Assembly: GCA_951406725.2 (NCBI GenBank)
Contig: OX597821.1
Span: 116,436,001-116,500,000, forward strand
Length of the DNA stretch: 64,000 nucleotides
Reading direction: 5' to 3'
Origin: Octopus vulgaris
Taxonomy: Eukaryota
The first letter of the stretch is position 1. Every line of letters starts with the position of its first letter. Made by a program: the position numbers and the translations under genes. This document shows positions 40,825 through 54,372 of this stretch, piece after piece. The notes under the pieces were generated by a model, which was not told the DNA's origin, made no database searches, and saw only the letters and a list, made by a program, of their open reading frames with translations.

Positions 40825-41590
40825 ATATGTATGTATACACATGAAGGCATGTCACCTAATACTTAGATTGTTGCACTCACAAGAATAAGGGTGACAGTGA
40901 TTTTGAATTTTAAGCCTGCTAACATTTGAAGAATTATCTGATGAAGGCTAGAATGCCAAAATTTCAAAGTCTCTGTCATCTCCTCTTGTAAAAGTTTAAT
41001 AAACAGGAGCTCTATTAAAACATGCTGAGTAATTTTTCAGTGTAATATTAAATAGTTTTTATATATAAGTTGATAATAAAAACAAATATTAATGAATATT
41101 CTTGTTTTGTAATTGATTTTCTCAAATTTTAACTCCGTGGATATGCTATACTTTGAAAAGTGACATATTTTAACTGTACTTTTCTATTTGTGAGTGTGTT
41201 TATGTGAAAGCGCATGGCCTAGTGGTCAGGGTGTTGCACTCACAATCTACCAATTGTGGGTTCAGTTCCCAGACCGAGTGGTACGTTGTGTTCTTGGGCA
41301 GAAATACTTCATTTAACATTGCTCCAGCTGTAAATAGGAAACCCTTTGATGGACTAGCCTTCCAGTCATGCAGAATATTGGCCGCCTTGCCTAGCCCAGT
41401 AGGGTGGCATCATCGAAAAGCTAAAATGATGCAAAGCACATTTTGGCCAGCTATATATATAACAACACCCGATAATCTAGACTGTCACATGATCACATGA
41501 TGTGGGTAGATGGGTGGCTGCATGCATGTGCACAAATGTATATGAAATATCTTTAATGAAATCTGTTGAAAGAAGTTATTTGTATATTAA

Positions 41591-41776
<186 letters not shown>

Positions 41777-42829
41777 TAAGTTTCTTTTAAATATTTCTAA
41801 ATATCATACATGCTTAATATGGATAATTTTTCAGATTTGTTTTTTATTTAGCCATTGTTACTGTCGATATTCATGCAGATTGTTCTATTAGCAACAATAT
41901 GGTTGATAGGAAAACACATAATACTCATAAATTTTTACTAGCAATACTGTTCTAAATTTTCTGTGCTTTCTGTATGTATGTACATATGTATAGTATATAT
42001 ATATATATATATATATAGGGAGAGAGGGAGAGAAAGAGATGTGTGTGTGCATGTGTAAATGTATCCCACCACACATGCTCATATTATAAACCCCTTATTA
42101 CTCAAGGTTAACCTTGCATCAGCCCCTGTATGTGAAAGTCTGAGGAATATTTTTTTGTGGAAAATTGGTTGTTGTTCACATTTCCAAACGTCCCCTCTCC
42201 ATACTTCTTATGTTATCCAAGGGAAAACCACTGCCTTGGGCTGGAACAACTTAGTACTAGTGTCATTCCAGGGGCTGCTGTCAAATGCAAAGAGCCAGTA
42301 TAGATAGCACAAAGCACCCTGCCTCTTGCTCTAATAGTTCCACTAATTCTCTACCCTAGATTGGTACTTTTGTATTGACCCCAGAAGGATGAAAGGCAAA
42401 GTTGACTACAGCTAGGTTTGAACTCAAATCGTAGAGAGTTAGAATAAATATCAAAAAGCATTCTATTTAATTCTCTAATAATTCAACCAATTTAACATAC
42501 ATGTTGTTTTGTAAGTTACTCGCTGATCTCATTAGTGCCATGTAAAAAGCACCCAGCATATGCTGTGAAGTGGTTGACATTAGGGAAGGCATCCAGCCAT
42601 AGAAACCATATCAAAGCTAACAGTAGATCTTGATACAGCTCACCAGATCCTGTCAAACTCTCCAACCTATGCCAGCATGAGAAATGGATTTTGAGGATAA
42701 TTATCATGATGACATATGTTTAACAATCAAATAAATATCTTAGTGCTGAATGAAGTAACTTTTTTCTGATGCAGTAATATTAATTTTGATTTTAATTTTA
42801 AACTTTTTTTCAACTTCAATAAATTACAG

Positions 42830-42938
42830 GAAAGCCAAGGCTCGTAACCGTATGTCTTTCCGGCAAATTTTGATGCATCTAGAAATTGCCTCACCAGAAC
42901 TGTTGAATTTTAATAGAGATGATTTCAAAGAAGCTCAG
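42830..42938 (+). CDS. MAP3K13: DLK/LZK kinase end (KAKARNRMSFRQILMHLEIASPELLNFNRDDFKEAQ)
   Basis: ttacag|G acceptor, CAG|gtaaga donor. RNRxSFRQILxHLxIAS matches DLK. Confidence 0.96.
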
Positions 42939-43330
42939 GTAAGAACAATTAACCATTAAATTGCTACATTTTACTCTAACAATATTCATAATAATAATTG
43001 GAATTTACAGAAAAACAAAAGATGAAGACAGGTGTATAAACAACAAAGTCTTTTACGTTTTGAGTCTATGCTTTTTCTCCATGAGAACTACATTAAGGAT
43101 AAAATGTCTGTTGAGTACTCAGTCACTTGCACATTAATTTCATGAGCAGGCTGTTCCATCGATTGGATCAATTGGAACCTTCATCATCATAACCGACGGA
43201 GTGTCACAACAATCTATATACATATTTCGACACTTAAAAAACCCAAATGTTAGTTTGATTATATTTAAATACCTTTATGTTTGTTGATATTGTGTTTACA
43301 TAAATTATATCATATATGTTTTGTCTACAG

Positions 43331-43440
43331 ATATTCTGGAGAGAAGAAATAGCTGAGCAACTACAAAAGTTCCGTAGTAAAGGGTCACATATACCTCAAC
43401 TTGAGGAAGATTTAGTTCGACGGCGGAAAGAAGAATTAAG
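43331..43440 (+). CDS. MAP3K13: DLK/LZK post-kinase region and start of zipper (IFWREEIAEQLQKFRSKGSHIPQLEEDLVRRRKEELR)
   Basis: ctacag|A acceptor, AG|gtaagt donor. WREE...LEExLxxRRxEELR motif. Confidence 0.96.
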
Positions 43441-43474
43441 GTAAGTGATTGCATATTTTATACTTATATATATA

Positions 43475-43790
43475 ACCGGGCGTTGTGAGTGTTTATTGAG
43501 CGAAAACACCTAAAAGCTCCACGAGGCTCCAGCAGGGGTGGTGGTGATCCCTGTTGTACTCTTTCACTACAACTTTCTCTCACTCTTACTTCCTGTTTCT
43601 GTTGTACCTGTATTTCAAAGGGCCGGCCTTGTCACTCTCTGTGTCATGCTGAATATCCCCAAGAACTATGTTAAGGGTACATGTGTCTGTGGAGTGCTCA
43701 GCCACTTACACGTTAATTTCACGAGCAGGCTGTTCCGTTGATTCGGATCAACCGGAACCCTCATCGTCGTAACCGACGGAGTGCTTCCAT
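43475..43790 (+). mobile_element. SINE family C, 5'-truncated and CpG-rich (probably young), about 35 nt after an exon donor
   Basis: Collinear with about 62723-63035 and retains many CpGs. Confidence 0.88.
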
Positions 43791-44469
43791 ATATAATTTT
43801 AGTTTCAAATTAGATTTGACTAAAGATGATAGAAATGAATTTCAATAAAATTTATCCCCTTGTGCTATTTCTTCAAAAGTTTCAAAAATAATTATCACTT
43901 GAGGAAGGTAAAAGTAGAAGGGGGCGGGTGCTTGCCTCGTAGTGTGTCTATCAAAAAGTAGATGGGAGTGGTAAAACTGATGAAGTTAAATGGACCTACA
44001 CTAAGTATACTTTTCTAAGTAGTAGGAAAGAAACAGGAACAGGACACTTCTGATGCCTTGGAGATGGCAGAGTAATCTGGGACATTTTGTGGAGGTTTTC
44101 CCTAAATTATCCTCAGTGAATTGTCCTGCTGTTGGAGATTCTATTTATTTATTTTTCTCTGAATTCTATTTTTATATCTTTTGTTACATCCTTATTGTTA
44201 TTGCTTGTCCTTGTGATCTCCACCTTTTTTATGTGTTGTGTTTCATCCTTTAATATTGTCTTCATTGTCTTGGGCCCATGTAGCTAATAAAAGAAGTCAT
44301 CCTCACTCATCATCATCATCATCATCCTCATTATTATTTGTTTTACTGTGATTGGATGTGCTGTGCTTCAGTCTCAGTTTTGCGGATTTTTACCAAGTGA
44401 AATTGCATAGAAAATTTTTTTATGTGGACATTATACATAAAGAGGTCAGAATTTAACTGACTGTGTTTT

Positions 44470-44548
44470 ATATGTATGTATGTATGTATGTATGTACGTA
44501 TGTACGTATGTATGTATGTATGTATGTACGTATGTACGTACGTACGTA

Positions 44549-44588
<40 letters not shown>

Positions 44589-44920
44589 TGCATGCATGCA
44601 TGCATGTATGCATGTGTGTGTGTGTATGTATGTATGTATGCATGCATGCATGTATGTATATATGTATGTATGCATGTATGTATGTATGTATGTATGTATG
44701 CATGCATGCATGTATGTATGTATGTATATATGTATGCATGCATGCATGCATGCATGTATGTATGTATGTATGTATGCATGCATGCATGTATGTATGTATG
44801 TATGTATGCATGTATGTATGTATGTTTGTATGTATGTATGTATGCATGCATCCATGTATGTATGCATGCATGTATGTATGCATGCATGTATGTATGCATG
44901 CATGAATGTGTGTACATACG
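44470..44920. repeat. Compound tetranucleotide microsatellite (TATG/TACG/CACG/CATG)n
   Basis: Read directly; explains the six overlapping YVCM/HTYI ORFs. Confidence 0.95.
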
Positions 44921-47900
44921 TGTATATTTATATTAGCTGGTAAATTTTCATCTGTGATACAAAAATTTCTACTGCATTGAATAAATAACATGGCTTTGCA
45001 ATGCAGAAATGCTTCTTCCTCTATAAAAACACAAACAAATATGAGCACATTGGATCAGACATGAACATCATAGAATCAATTCTCTATTGCCTAGAAATCC
45101 TAATTTTTATTATACCATGTAGGAAAATCTACATGGAAACATTTAAATGTGTTCATGTCTAAAATACACTAACAATCTAGCTAACAAGAGTGATAGAAAC
45201 TATTTTCAACATTCAAACATACCAGCAAGTAAAAATAAGCAAATAGTATACCATATGAAATAAAATATAGATCTATCTCTTTATAACATTTATGTAGTAA
45301 TTATCTATCTTCTCTAAGCAGTAATTTCAGTAATTAAATTATTATGTCTTCAGATTTTCTGAAAACATGATTATCTATTAGTGAGGATAAAGAATACCGT
45401 ATATATTAACACTATGGATTTTCAAATTCAAAAGCCTTACTTCATAAAATTTGAATCTTGGAAGTTTTTGTTTTTTTTCATTCTGAGGTATTTTATTATA
45501 ACATTTTTGTTAAGCTGCAGAGTAGGGAGTGATAGATAAGCATGGAAGCGAGGAATGAGATCAATTTAGGTTGCAGATCTGTAACAGAGATAAACGTGAG
45601 CAGAGAAGCTGACGCTCTGAGAATTGTAGAAGAGGATATATTTTAACTAGTGTGTTTATAGCTAAGTGTGGAATGCAGTTAGAAAATACATTAAAGCATA
45701 GGCTAGTTTAAGTCTATAGCCAGTCAATAGCTATAGTCTCAGAGAAATTAATGCTTATCAGAAAACAGCATTTTTACCAAACTGTCTTGAATATATTTTG
45801 CATGGAGGGTACACTTTCTTAGATAGGTTTCTAGTACAGGGTGCATTATGAATTTTATAAAGGCTGAAGAATTATTTGGAGATGAATGAAATGATAATAG
45901 AATTACACTAAATTAGAGTGGTGGCTGTTGTGATTGAGCACCAAGGCAAGATGTCATAGAATCATTTAGTATATCATTTAAATATTTTAATTAAACTAGG
46001 TAATCAGGGAACTGGAAGAGTATAACTGCTGTTTGAAAGTAATATGTTGCATGTAATAAAAATTAGAAATAGTAACAGAAACAATCTTATTGAAACACTT
46101 GTGTAGTAGACATGGTCCATTGCCTAATTAAATAAAGCCACCATCTCCTTTCAGTAGCTTTAGAGGAGTTGACACTTGCAAGCACTTAGACCAAATCTCT
46201 GGTCTGAAAATAATTTCATTCCTTTTCTGCCGCTAACTTTGGAGGACCTGAAATAAAAAATTAAAAACAGTAAAAACTAATGTATCATCAAGGGAATTTT
46301 AAATGTTATCTTTTGTTCAGTACTTACTTGTGAAGTTTTGCACAATGATCTTCAATATTATGACAATTGCATTGTATATATATATATATATATATATACA
46401 CATACACACACACACAATGCAAGACCTACTATACTATTTTGAACTCGTGATTTATAATTTATTGATGTTTGAACTCCTGAAACCCAAAATTAAAAATTTA
46501 CACCATCTCTAGCGTAAAAGTAATGACTGTATGAATAATGATATTTTAAATGAGATAATGAACAATGATTTATGAATGATAGCAATTTTGCTGACATAGA
46601 GACAGCAATTACAGCAAAGCATATTGACATGGTCATTGAAATTCAGCAATAATTTTATATAGATATCAAAATACATTACAGTTGTGGTTGTTATTTAGCT
46701 TCAGGTCTGCCCTGATTGAACAGACCTGTGATCGAAGGTTTTTCCAGCTGTGACCATCACATCTTTCTTTTCCTATATTTGGAGCTATACTGCCCAACAT
46801 ATTGTTCTTCACAGTATTAATGACTTAACTGCAAGTCAAAACCAGAAACTTTGTTTTTAATATGTATACCATAAGTAAGTACTGTCTCAAGTCCTAGGAC
46901 CCATAGGACCAGTTGTTTGGTTTTGATGGTGTATAAGGGACCAGGGACACCAGTTCTTCACTGGATATTCCTTTACAGCTGAGTGAACTGAATCAATATG
47001 AAATGAAGTGTTTTGCTCAAGAACACTATGTATTGCCTAGTCCAGGAATTGAAACCATGATCTTGTGAACATGAGTGCAGCACCCTAACCACTAAACCAT
47101 GCACCTTCACTTATGTATGTTATGTAATATGTCAGAAACCATCCCTCTCCAATATCAGGAATGAGCTGAGTATAGGAGAATGGGGCTAAACAGCAACAAT
47201 CGCAACATAAATATATTATTGCTCCAAAACAAAGCTATGGAAGACTAGAATGGTTTATGCAGTTGTTATTGAGTGTGTTATTGATTAGATATAACACTGT
47301 TCTGTGGTTCTGAGATAGAACCGTATCAAGAATTTAGACTGACATTTTTAAGTATTGATTCTTATTTTAGTATTAAAACATTCCATGGATCACATTGCAG
47401 AGAAGTTTTTGATGCGAAATATTTTTCATAAAATCATGAAAAGTTTTCTGTGATTTATTGCAATAAATGATGTCTTTTACGATATATATTCTTTTCTATA
47501 ATTAAAACATACATAACTAATTATATCTTTGAGATTTAATCTGTTTTCAAGTTGGTAGAGAAATTTGATATTTCAACCTGACTTCCTACTGACTTCTATT
47601 ATTATATAGCTTAGAAATCGATTACAACAATTGGATCAAAATATTATTTTAAAATATGTTAATAATAACAGCATGCCATAACTGTTTGGGACACCACTGG
47701 TACACCACTGAAGTCTCTATTTTCATGTGGTGAGAAGTCTCTAGCTTGTATTATCTGGGCCCATGAAACGATATAGGATCAGATTTGAAGTTAATGAAGC
47801 ATTCTTAATCATACAGTATCACTCATGCTTATGTTAACTAACTGCACTATTCCATTTTATTTATTTACAGTTAAGTGAACTAATACATTAGAACTTAAGT

Positions 47901-50519
47901 GCTTTTGTTCGGTCACAGCAGGGCACTGGTGACAGAATATGAATAGTTAACTCATTGGTTGTTGTTAGGATGATATTCTCTAGACACACCCAACTGCAAG
48001 TCACAAACCTTTTGTGATTATGTTATGGATTATACAGTCTCTGTGTTTCACTTAATTTTGAAAATAATCATTAAGACAGTGAATTGAAAGAACTTATTAG
48101 AACATTGGATTATATACTTTGTTGGTATTTGTTCCAGTTCTTTGAGCTCTGAGTTCAAATCCCATCAAAGTCAGCTTATTATTTTTTTTTTTTTTGTCAT
48201 TTTGGAGATTGACAATTAAAGTACCAGTCCAAGACATAGTTTGATGGAAATATTAAAGCATAGAACTGGATGACTGGCAGTGTATATTCTGGCTTTGTAC
48301 AGTCTGAGATCTAAATCCTGCCTAGGATACAATAGTAGTGAAGAAATCTCGTCTGAATGTACTAAGGAAATAAAGCAAAAGCACCAATGTCTACTGTTTT
48401 CATTATTTGAGTTGGGACAATGTAAGATCAGAAAGCATTCAGTAGATAATTATGCTGATGATGATGATGGGCAGCAGATTTAAGGAGATTGGGAAAACAA
48501 CTAAATATTATTTGGAAGGTTTTAATATAAGTATAAACACCCATGCCAGCCTGTCCAACCCATGCCAGCCTGGAAAATGGATGTTAAACGATGATGATGA
48601 TTTTAAAATTGGAAGATTTGCATCATAAAACCAGAGGTGATCCCATGTAGTCACATCAAAAGGAATAACCAATAGGCTCATAGCTTAATGGCTTATTTTA
48701 TCAAGCAAGGTCTTTGGCGTATACATTATTGAAAACCATTTTGTTTATAGTACTTTTATTGTTTAAAGGTTATTTTTAAAACGAACATAACAAGCTTGTT
48801 CAGTTGATTTACTAGGAACTGAATTTCACTCATGCTCACAAATTTATAACAGCTTGGGTCATCTCTAAATCTTTTATTTGTATTTTTAAATTGTTACACT
48901 TTTGTGTTATAGTCTTTCCATATATCATCCTGTGATGCACCTGAATACATCCACAGTGATGTTTCCTGAAACCATTAGGTGTTTGAGCTATTTCAGCATC
49001 AAACACCTTCAATCAGGTAACCTAACTGCGGTTGATTAAGCCCCCAGCTTGTGTCCTGCTAGGATTTCTCCTGGTAGAGCTTCCCATCCCAGGGCTTGTA
49101 TCTGCTGATTCACAGTAACCTTGAAGCAACCTGCACTGCCTCCACAGTCAACCTGATGGCCTTCTGCTCTCTGGCCTCTATGATGCCAAGCATTATAAAC
49201 TATCTTATAAAATGTTAAAAAATAAAAAATTGAATTAGATACATTATATTCTGTACAACATGTTAGAGTAAATTAATCACTAAGCTGATTTTGCAGTATT
49301 GTTTTCTTAGATACCTTTATTAGATACCTATATTTTTTAAAAGGCATGCATCTTAAAAATACCTTGGAAAGTAATATAGGAAATAGCCTTTAACTAATGA
49401 GAAAATCTGGAAATTATTGATGCAAAGCTTAGCTCAGCACAACTAATAAACTAATTTAAGTGTCCTAAGAGATGGAAAAGAAATTCAATAGACAGTAGTT
49501 CAAAACGTGTTGGCCTTTAGCTTTAGTTTTTAAGCAGTTTGAAAGGTTATAATAAATTTATGACTTATTTTGTTTTGGGGTTTTTTTTGTTTATTTTTTC
49601 TTTTGCAATGATAATATTTATAAAGAACACTGATGAAATAAATTGATACCTTCTTGATACTTGAAAATTAATGTCAGCAGTAATACTTGATAAATTTATG
49701 TTGTCTGTGTTGTGTTAGAGCAGCAATATCAAATAAATATTTTCTAGTCTGTGTAATTTTTTTTATTTTAAATAATGTTATTTGTGAAGACAATTCTCAT
49801 TTGTGAAGAGAATATTCAAATATGCCATAATTTATTGAATTATTCCTTCAACATAGTAATGCTTTTTCATCACAGGCAATCAATCCAAATAATAGTCAGT
49901 TTCAAAGCAAATTATCTGCATACCTTTAGGAATCATTTATCAGTTTTGACTGCGTAGTGTAGTTTTATAAGAAATAGGCTACTGACATGGTATAATTTAA
50001 GTACAACAAGCTAGTTTGAAAAGTTCTTTTTGTTTTTTTTACCTCCTTTTGTGTTTTTATCATTGAAGGTAATTGAAAATTCTCGGCTCTTAAATCATTG
50101 TTTTACTATGTGTGGTTTCAGCACGAATGAAACTATCACATGCTAGTTAAAATGGCTGCAGTCACATGTTAGATTTTTATATCTAATATCATGTGCTGTC
50201 TTTTTCTTAATATTGACTAAACTGAAATGACACACCTTGATTAACACAAAATATTATGTTCAATTGGAAATATTTAATTCAGTTATATCGTTTTCTGTAA
50301 ACACAGTTTCTGACAGGAGGGAAGAAGAATAAAGAAAATATATTAATTTATTTTTGTCATTTGAAATTATTTTTATTTACTGCTTTATTTTTAACACATG
50401 TAGGAATGGTCTTACAACGGCAGTTACTTATAATTGAATGATATTCTGAAATCTTACTTTAAAAAAAAGTAAAATTGTGAATGATAGCAGCTGTAAATAT
50501 ATGTGAAGTGAGAAATACG

Positions 50520-50905
50520 TGATGGTGGTAGTGGTGGTAGCGGCAGCCGCAGCGGTGGTGGGGGTGGCGATGGCAGTGGCAGCGGTGGCTCTGTAGTGGT
50601 GGTGGTAGTGGCGGTGGTGGTGGTGGTGGTGGTGACTGTTGAATTACTAGTAGTAGAGGTTATTATTGTGAGTGATGTTGAAGTGGTGGGGTAATTGTAG
50701 TGATAGTCATTCTGATGATTGCTTTGGTGGTGGTGGTGGTGATGGTAGTGGCTTTGGTTAGGGGCTGGTGATAGGGGCTGGTGAGTGGTTGGGTTTGTTG
50801 ATGGGTGGTGTTGATAGTGGTGGTGGTAATATTGGTGGGCTTGATCATGATAATAACAACAATAACAATAACAATAATAATAATAATGATAATGATAATA
50901 ATGCT
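50520..50905. repeat. (GGT/GGC)n-rich and (AAT/AAC)n low-complexity tract
   Basis: Read directly from the sequence. Confidence 0.85.
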
Positions 50906-51807
50906 GATTCTAACAATTCGTTTCCTCTAAAATTACAAGTCAGAAGAAATTACCATTATCAACAGTCAGAAACAATCAAATTTCGAGCAGATTTTATTAT
51001 TATATGTTGATGAAAAATTATTTTATAGTGAAGATATATGCAGTCTCAATACGGCATCTACAAATTGCTCTGTTTTCCTATACACCCTCTGTCCATCTGT
51101 TTATTGCCTGCTCCAAATGTAGCTGCTTAGAGTTAGACAGCGGCCGCAGTAGCAGCTACAGCATTCATAGCTATTTCTCATCATTTCACAAATTAAAAGC
51201 AATAAAGGAAAACAATTTACTTTCTGTTTCTGTTTCTGTTTTTATTTCATACATATTCTCCCCCTCCCCCCCCCCCCATCCATTCACTCTCAGTGATATA
51301 AACACGGGGGGGGGGCCTTCTAAGACATTCATTTCAGATAATTCTTAGTTGTCATTTCAGAAGTAAGTCCAGCATCGAATTCCTTCACCCCTGCTTCGTA
51401 TGTCAAGCATCCTCGCTTGCTGGGCTGCAGTTACTACTCTCTAACGTAGCAGATCAATACATTTTTGCTTCTACCAATAGGTTGATCGTTCAGACTTCAA
51501 GTACAAACAAGCTGTCTTTTCTTGCTTCCTCTTTCTGTAATGTAGGATTATCAGACAGCTCTCAGCCTGTTGTAACTTTTTGTTTCATACAATTATAATC
51601 AACTGTATATAATAACCACACACTGAGAAATAATCGTGCTTTATAAAATAAATCTCATTATTATTCTCTATTTATACGTCAGCTAGATTCCTAACAAACC
51701 GTATTACTCTGTATATTTAGTTCTGTTATTCTAAACATATAGATACAAGGAAAATGCATTTGCTGTAGACACTCTTGTTTAAGATTCTAGTTATCTTAAT
51801 ATGTGAC

Positions 51808-51855
<48 letters not shown>

Positions 51856-52210
51856 GTGTGTGTGTGTGGTGTGTGTGTAAAGGTAAAGGAAACTAGTGAG
51901 AGAGATAGTATTTAAAATTATCATTTAGCTTTAATCAGTCTTCTATATTACACCTGAGTTTTAAGAAATAAATGCATTTGTTTTTTATGAGTGTGTTTGT
52001 ATGCATACATACATGTATGCATGTATGTATGTATGTATGTACATGTATGCATGTATGTTTGTATGTATACATGCATGCATGTATGTATCTATGTATGTAT
52101 GTTTGTATTTATACATTGTTTATATGCATGTTCTTATATGCAAATGTGTGTGCACCTATGTTTGTGTATATATGTTAGTATCTATATATATATATATATA
52201 TATATGCTAA

Positions 52211-52251
<41 letters not shown>

Positions 52252-53799
52252 ATATATATATGTGTGTGTGTGTATGTACATGTGTATGTTTATGTATGTA
52301 TGTATTTATGTTGATAATGTTAAGTTTATAAAACAACAAAAAACTTTTTTTTACAAATGTTTATGCACATTATATTTCCTTTCTTTAGTTTATCGGGTTG
52401 ACCAAAACCTATTATTGCTCCTGTTTGTTAAGCAAACACATATCCAGTTCTGTTTTCTTTCAAATCATTTTCTCCTCTGGAAACTATTTATAACCCCCGA
52501 CCAATCCCAGTGAAGATCATGACATTCATTTTTATAGTATCTGCCATAATCATTATTCATGAAGCTATCATTTTGTTATAAAGGGAGATATTACTGACCG
52601 AGGTATTTGCATTGTGTTGAACAGAACAGTCTTTTTATTTATTTATTTGTTTATATATTTATTTGTTTATTTATTTATTTAGACATGGGGACAAAAGAGA
52701 GACAGTTTCTGTGTTTGAGATTGGTTAAGTGCAAATATTTACATTTTAAATCCTAGCAGGCCACATCCCAAGAGACATTAGGAAGCACAGTAAATATATA
52801 ATAATCAAATCAACCTCTATAACAGTCAATGATGAAGAGAACATCTGCGATTGTTATTGTTGTTGTTACTGCTGTTTGTGCACACTGGTCATCTCATAAA
52901 ATATTGATTTCATTAAGAATGGTGTCCATTCAATAACAGCCCTGTATACAATGTGTAAGTCACAACTTCATTCTATACAAACATCTGCATAGAAATAAAA
53001 TTGGATACACTAATGATATTTAAAAACTAATTATAAATAATAATAATCTTCTTTTTTTTTAACTTTCTAAATACATACAACAAACTATTTTATAAATCAA
53101 AATACACTTTTTATTGAACACCAGAATAGGAGCCGTGAAATAAATCAATAGTCTGAAATTTTTTACACTTTTTTAAAAATATAGTGACACTTTTTATATA
53201 TAGTTTTTGATAAAGTCAAAAATTAAATTAAATATTCATTTATCATATAGTTCTTCTCAATGTCTATATATACACGAAGACGAGTGAATCATTCTAAACT
53301 AAAACAAGAGAGTCTAGTCATTTTCGATATTGATCAATTCTAATTTTGTTACTAAATATAACATAAGGACAAAGAAAAGAAAACAAAGAGGGAAGGTTCA
53401 AAACCTCCTTGTTCTTTTATCATAATAAAACATTGTCTTCAGTATCAATTAACAACATCTAATGAATACTTATTATAGTAATGAATAACAATAATTGGTG
53501 GTGGTGGTGTTGGATGTTGTTGGGAGATATGGTTTATAATAATGGTGATGGTTCTTGTTTTATTCCTAGACATTCCCTCTATGAACATCCAGACTTTATT
53601 TAAAGTTTTCTCTAGGATTACCTTATGCAATATCTCCTTCCATTTTTTTTTTTCTTTTCTGTTTTTTTTTTAGGTAGTAGAGTATGATTTTAGGGGCATT
53701 TAGCTGTAATTTCTTGCAGGACGAGGGGTTACATATAGGCTCTTCATTGGTCTCTTTGACAATGTCACCGAGTAGAAAGTAGGGGGTGATGAAGGTGGG

Positions 53800-54065
53800 C
53801 TCGTTTGATGGTGCCACGTAAAAAGCACTGCTGATGGTACCACATGAAAAGCACTGCTGATGGTGCTACATGAAAATCACTGGTGCTGGTGCCACATGAT
53901 CGGTACCCAGTGCACTCTGTAAAGTGGTTGGCATTAGGAAGGACAGGCAGCTGTAGAAACCATGCCAAAACAGACTGTGGAATCTGGTGCGACTCCTGGT
54001 CTTGCCATCGTGTCAAACCATCCAACTCATGCCAGCATGGAAAACAGACTTTAGATATAGATGAT
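53800..54065 (+). mobile_element. Family D non-autonomous retroelement with RTE-like tail (other copies about 415-1600 -, 10080-10400 +, 20270-20870 -, 40480-40615 -, 42520-42710 +, 57050-57280 +)
   Basis: Shared ggttggcattaggaagggcatccagc...ccatccaacccatgccagcatggaa motif ending in (GAT)n; roughly 26-bp tandem GGTGCCACATGAAAAGCAC subrepeats. Confidence 0.75.
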
Positions 54066-54169
54066 AATGGTGATATTTACAGGTGGTGGTTATGTGTTGG
54101 TAGTAAAAGTGGTGATGGTTATGAATTGACAATATTAAGAATGATCAGTTATCATGGTGGTAGCAGTGG

Positions 54170-54372
54170 AAATCATGAGGAGGAGGAGGAGGAGGAGAAT
54201 ATTGACGATGATGACATTGATGAAAATGATGAAAATGACAACAACAAAGACAATGATACCAATGGTGACGATGATGACAGTGACAGTGATGATGATGATG
54301 ATGAAAATGCCAATGAGAAAGATGGCAATGATCATGATGATGATGGAGGTGGTAGTGATGATGATGATGATT
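54170..54372. repeat. (GAG)n/(GAT)n low-complexity tract
   Basis: Read directly; source of the acidic 178-aa pseudo-ORF. Confidence 0.85.

Noticed and set aside
44343-45048. Six long overlapping ORFs (141-200 aa)
   Set aside because: Translations of a stop-free tetranucleotide microsatellite.
51118-51160. TGTAGCTGCT/AGCAGCTACA inverted repeat as a miRNA hairpin
   Set aside because: Only a 10-bp stem, too short for a pre-miRNA; covered within the CpG-island finding.
53805-53900. Regularly spaced ~26-bp repeats resembling a CRISPR array
   Set aside because: No unique spacers, eukaryotic context, and the same subrepeat recurs in other family D copies (57050-57130).
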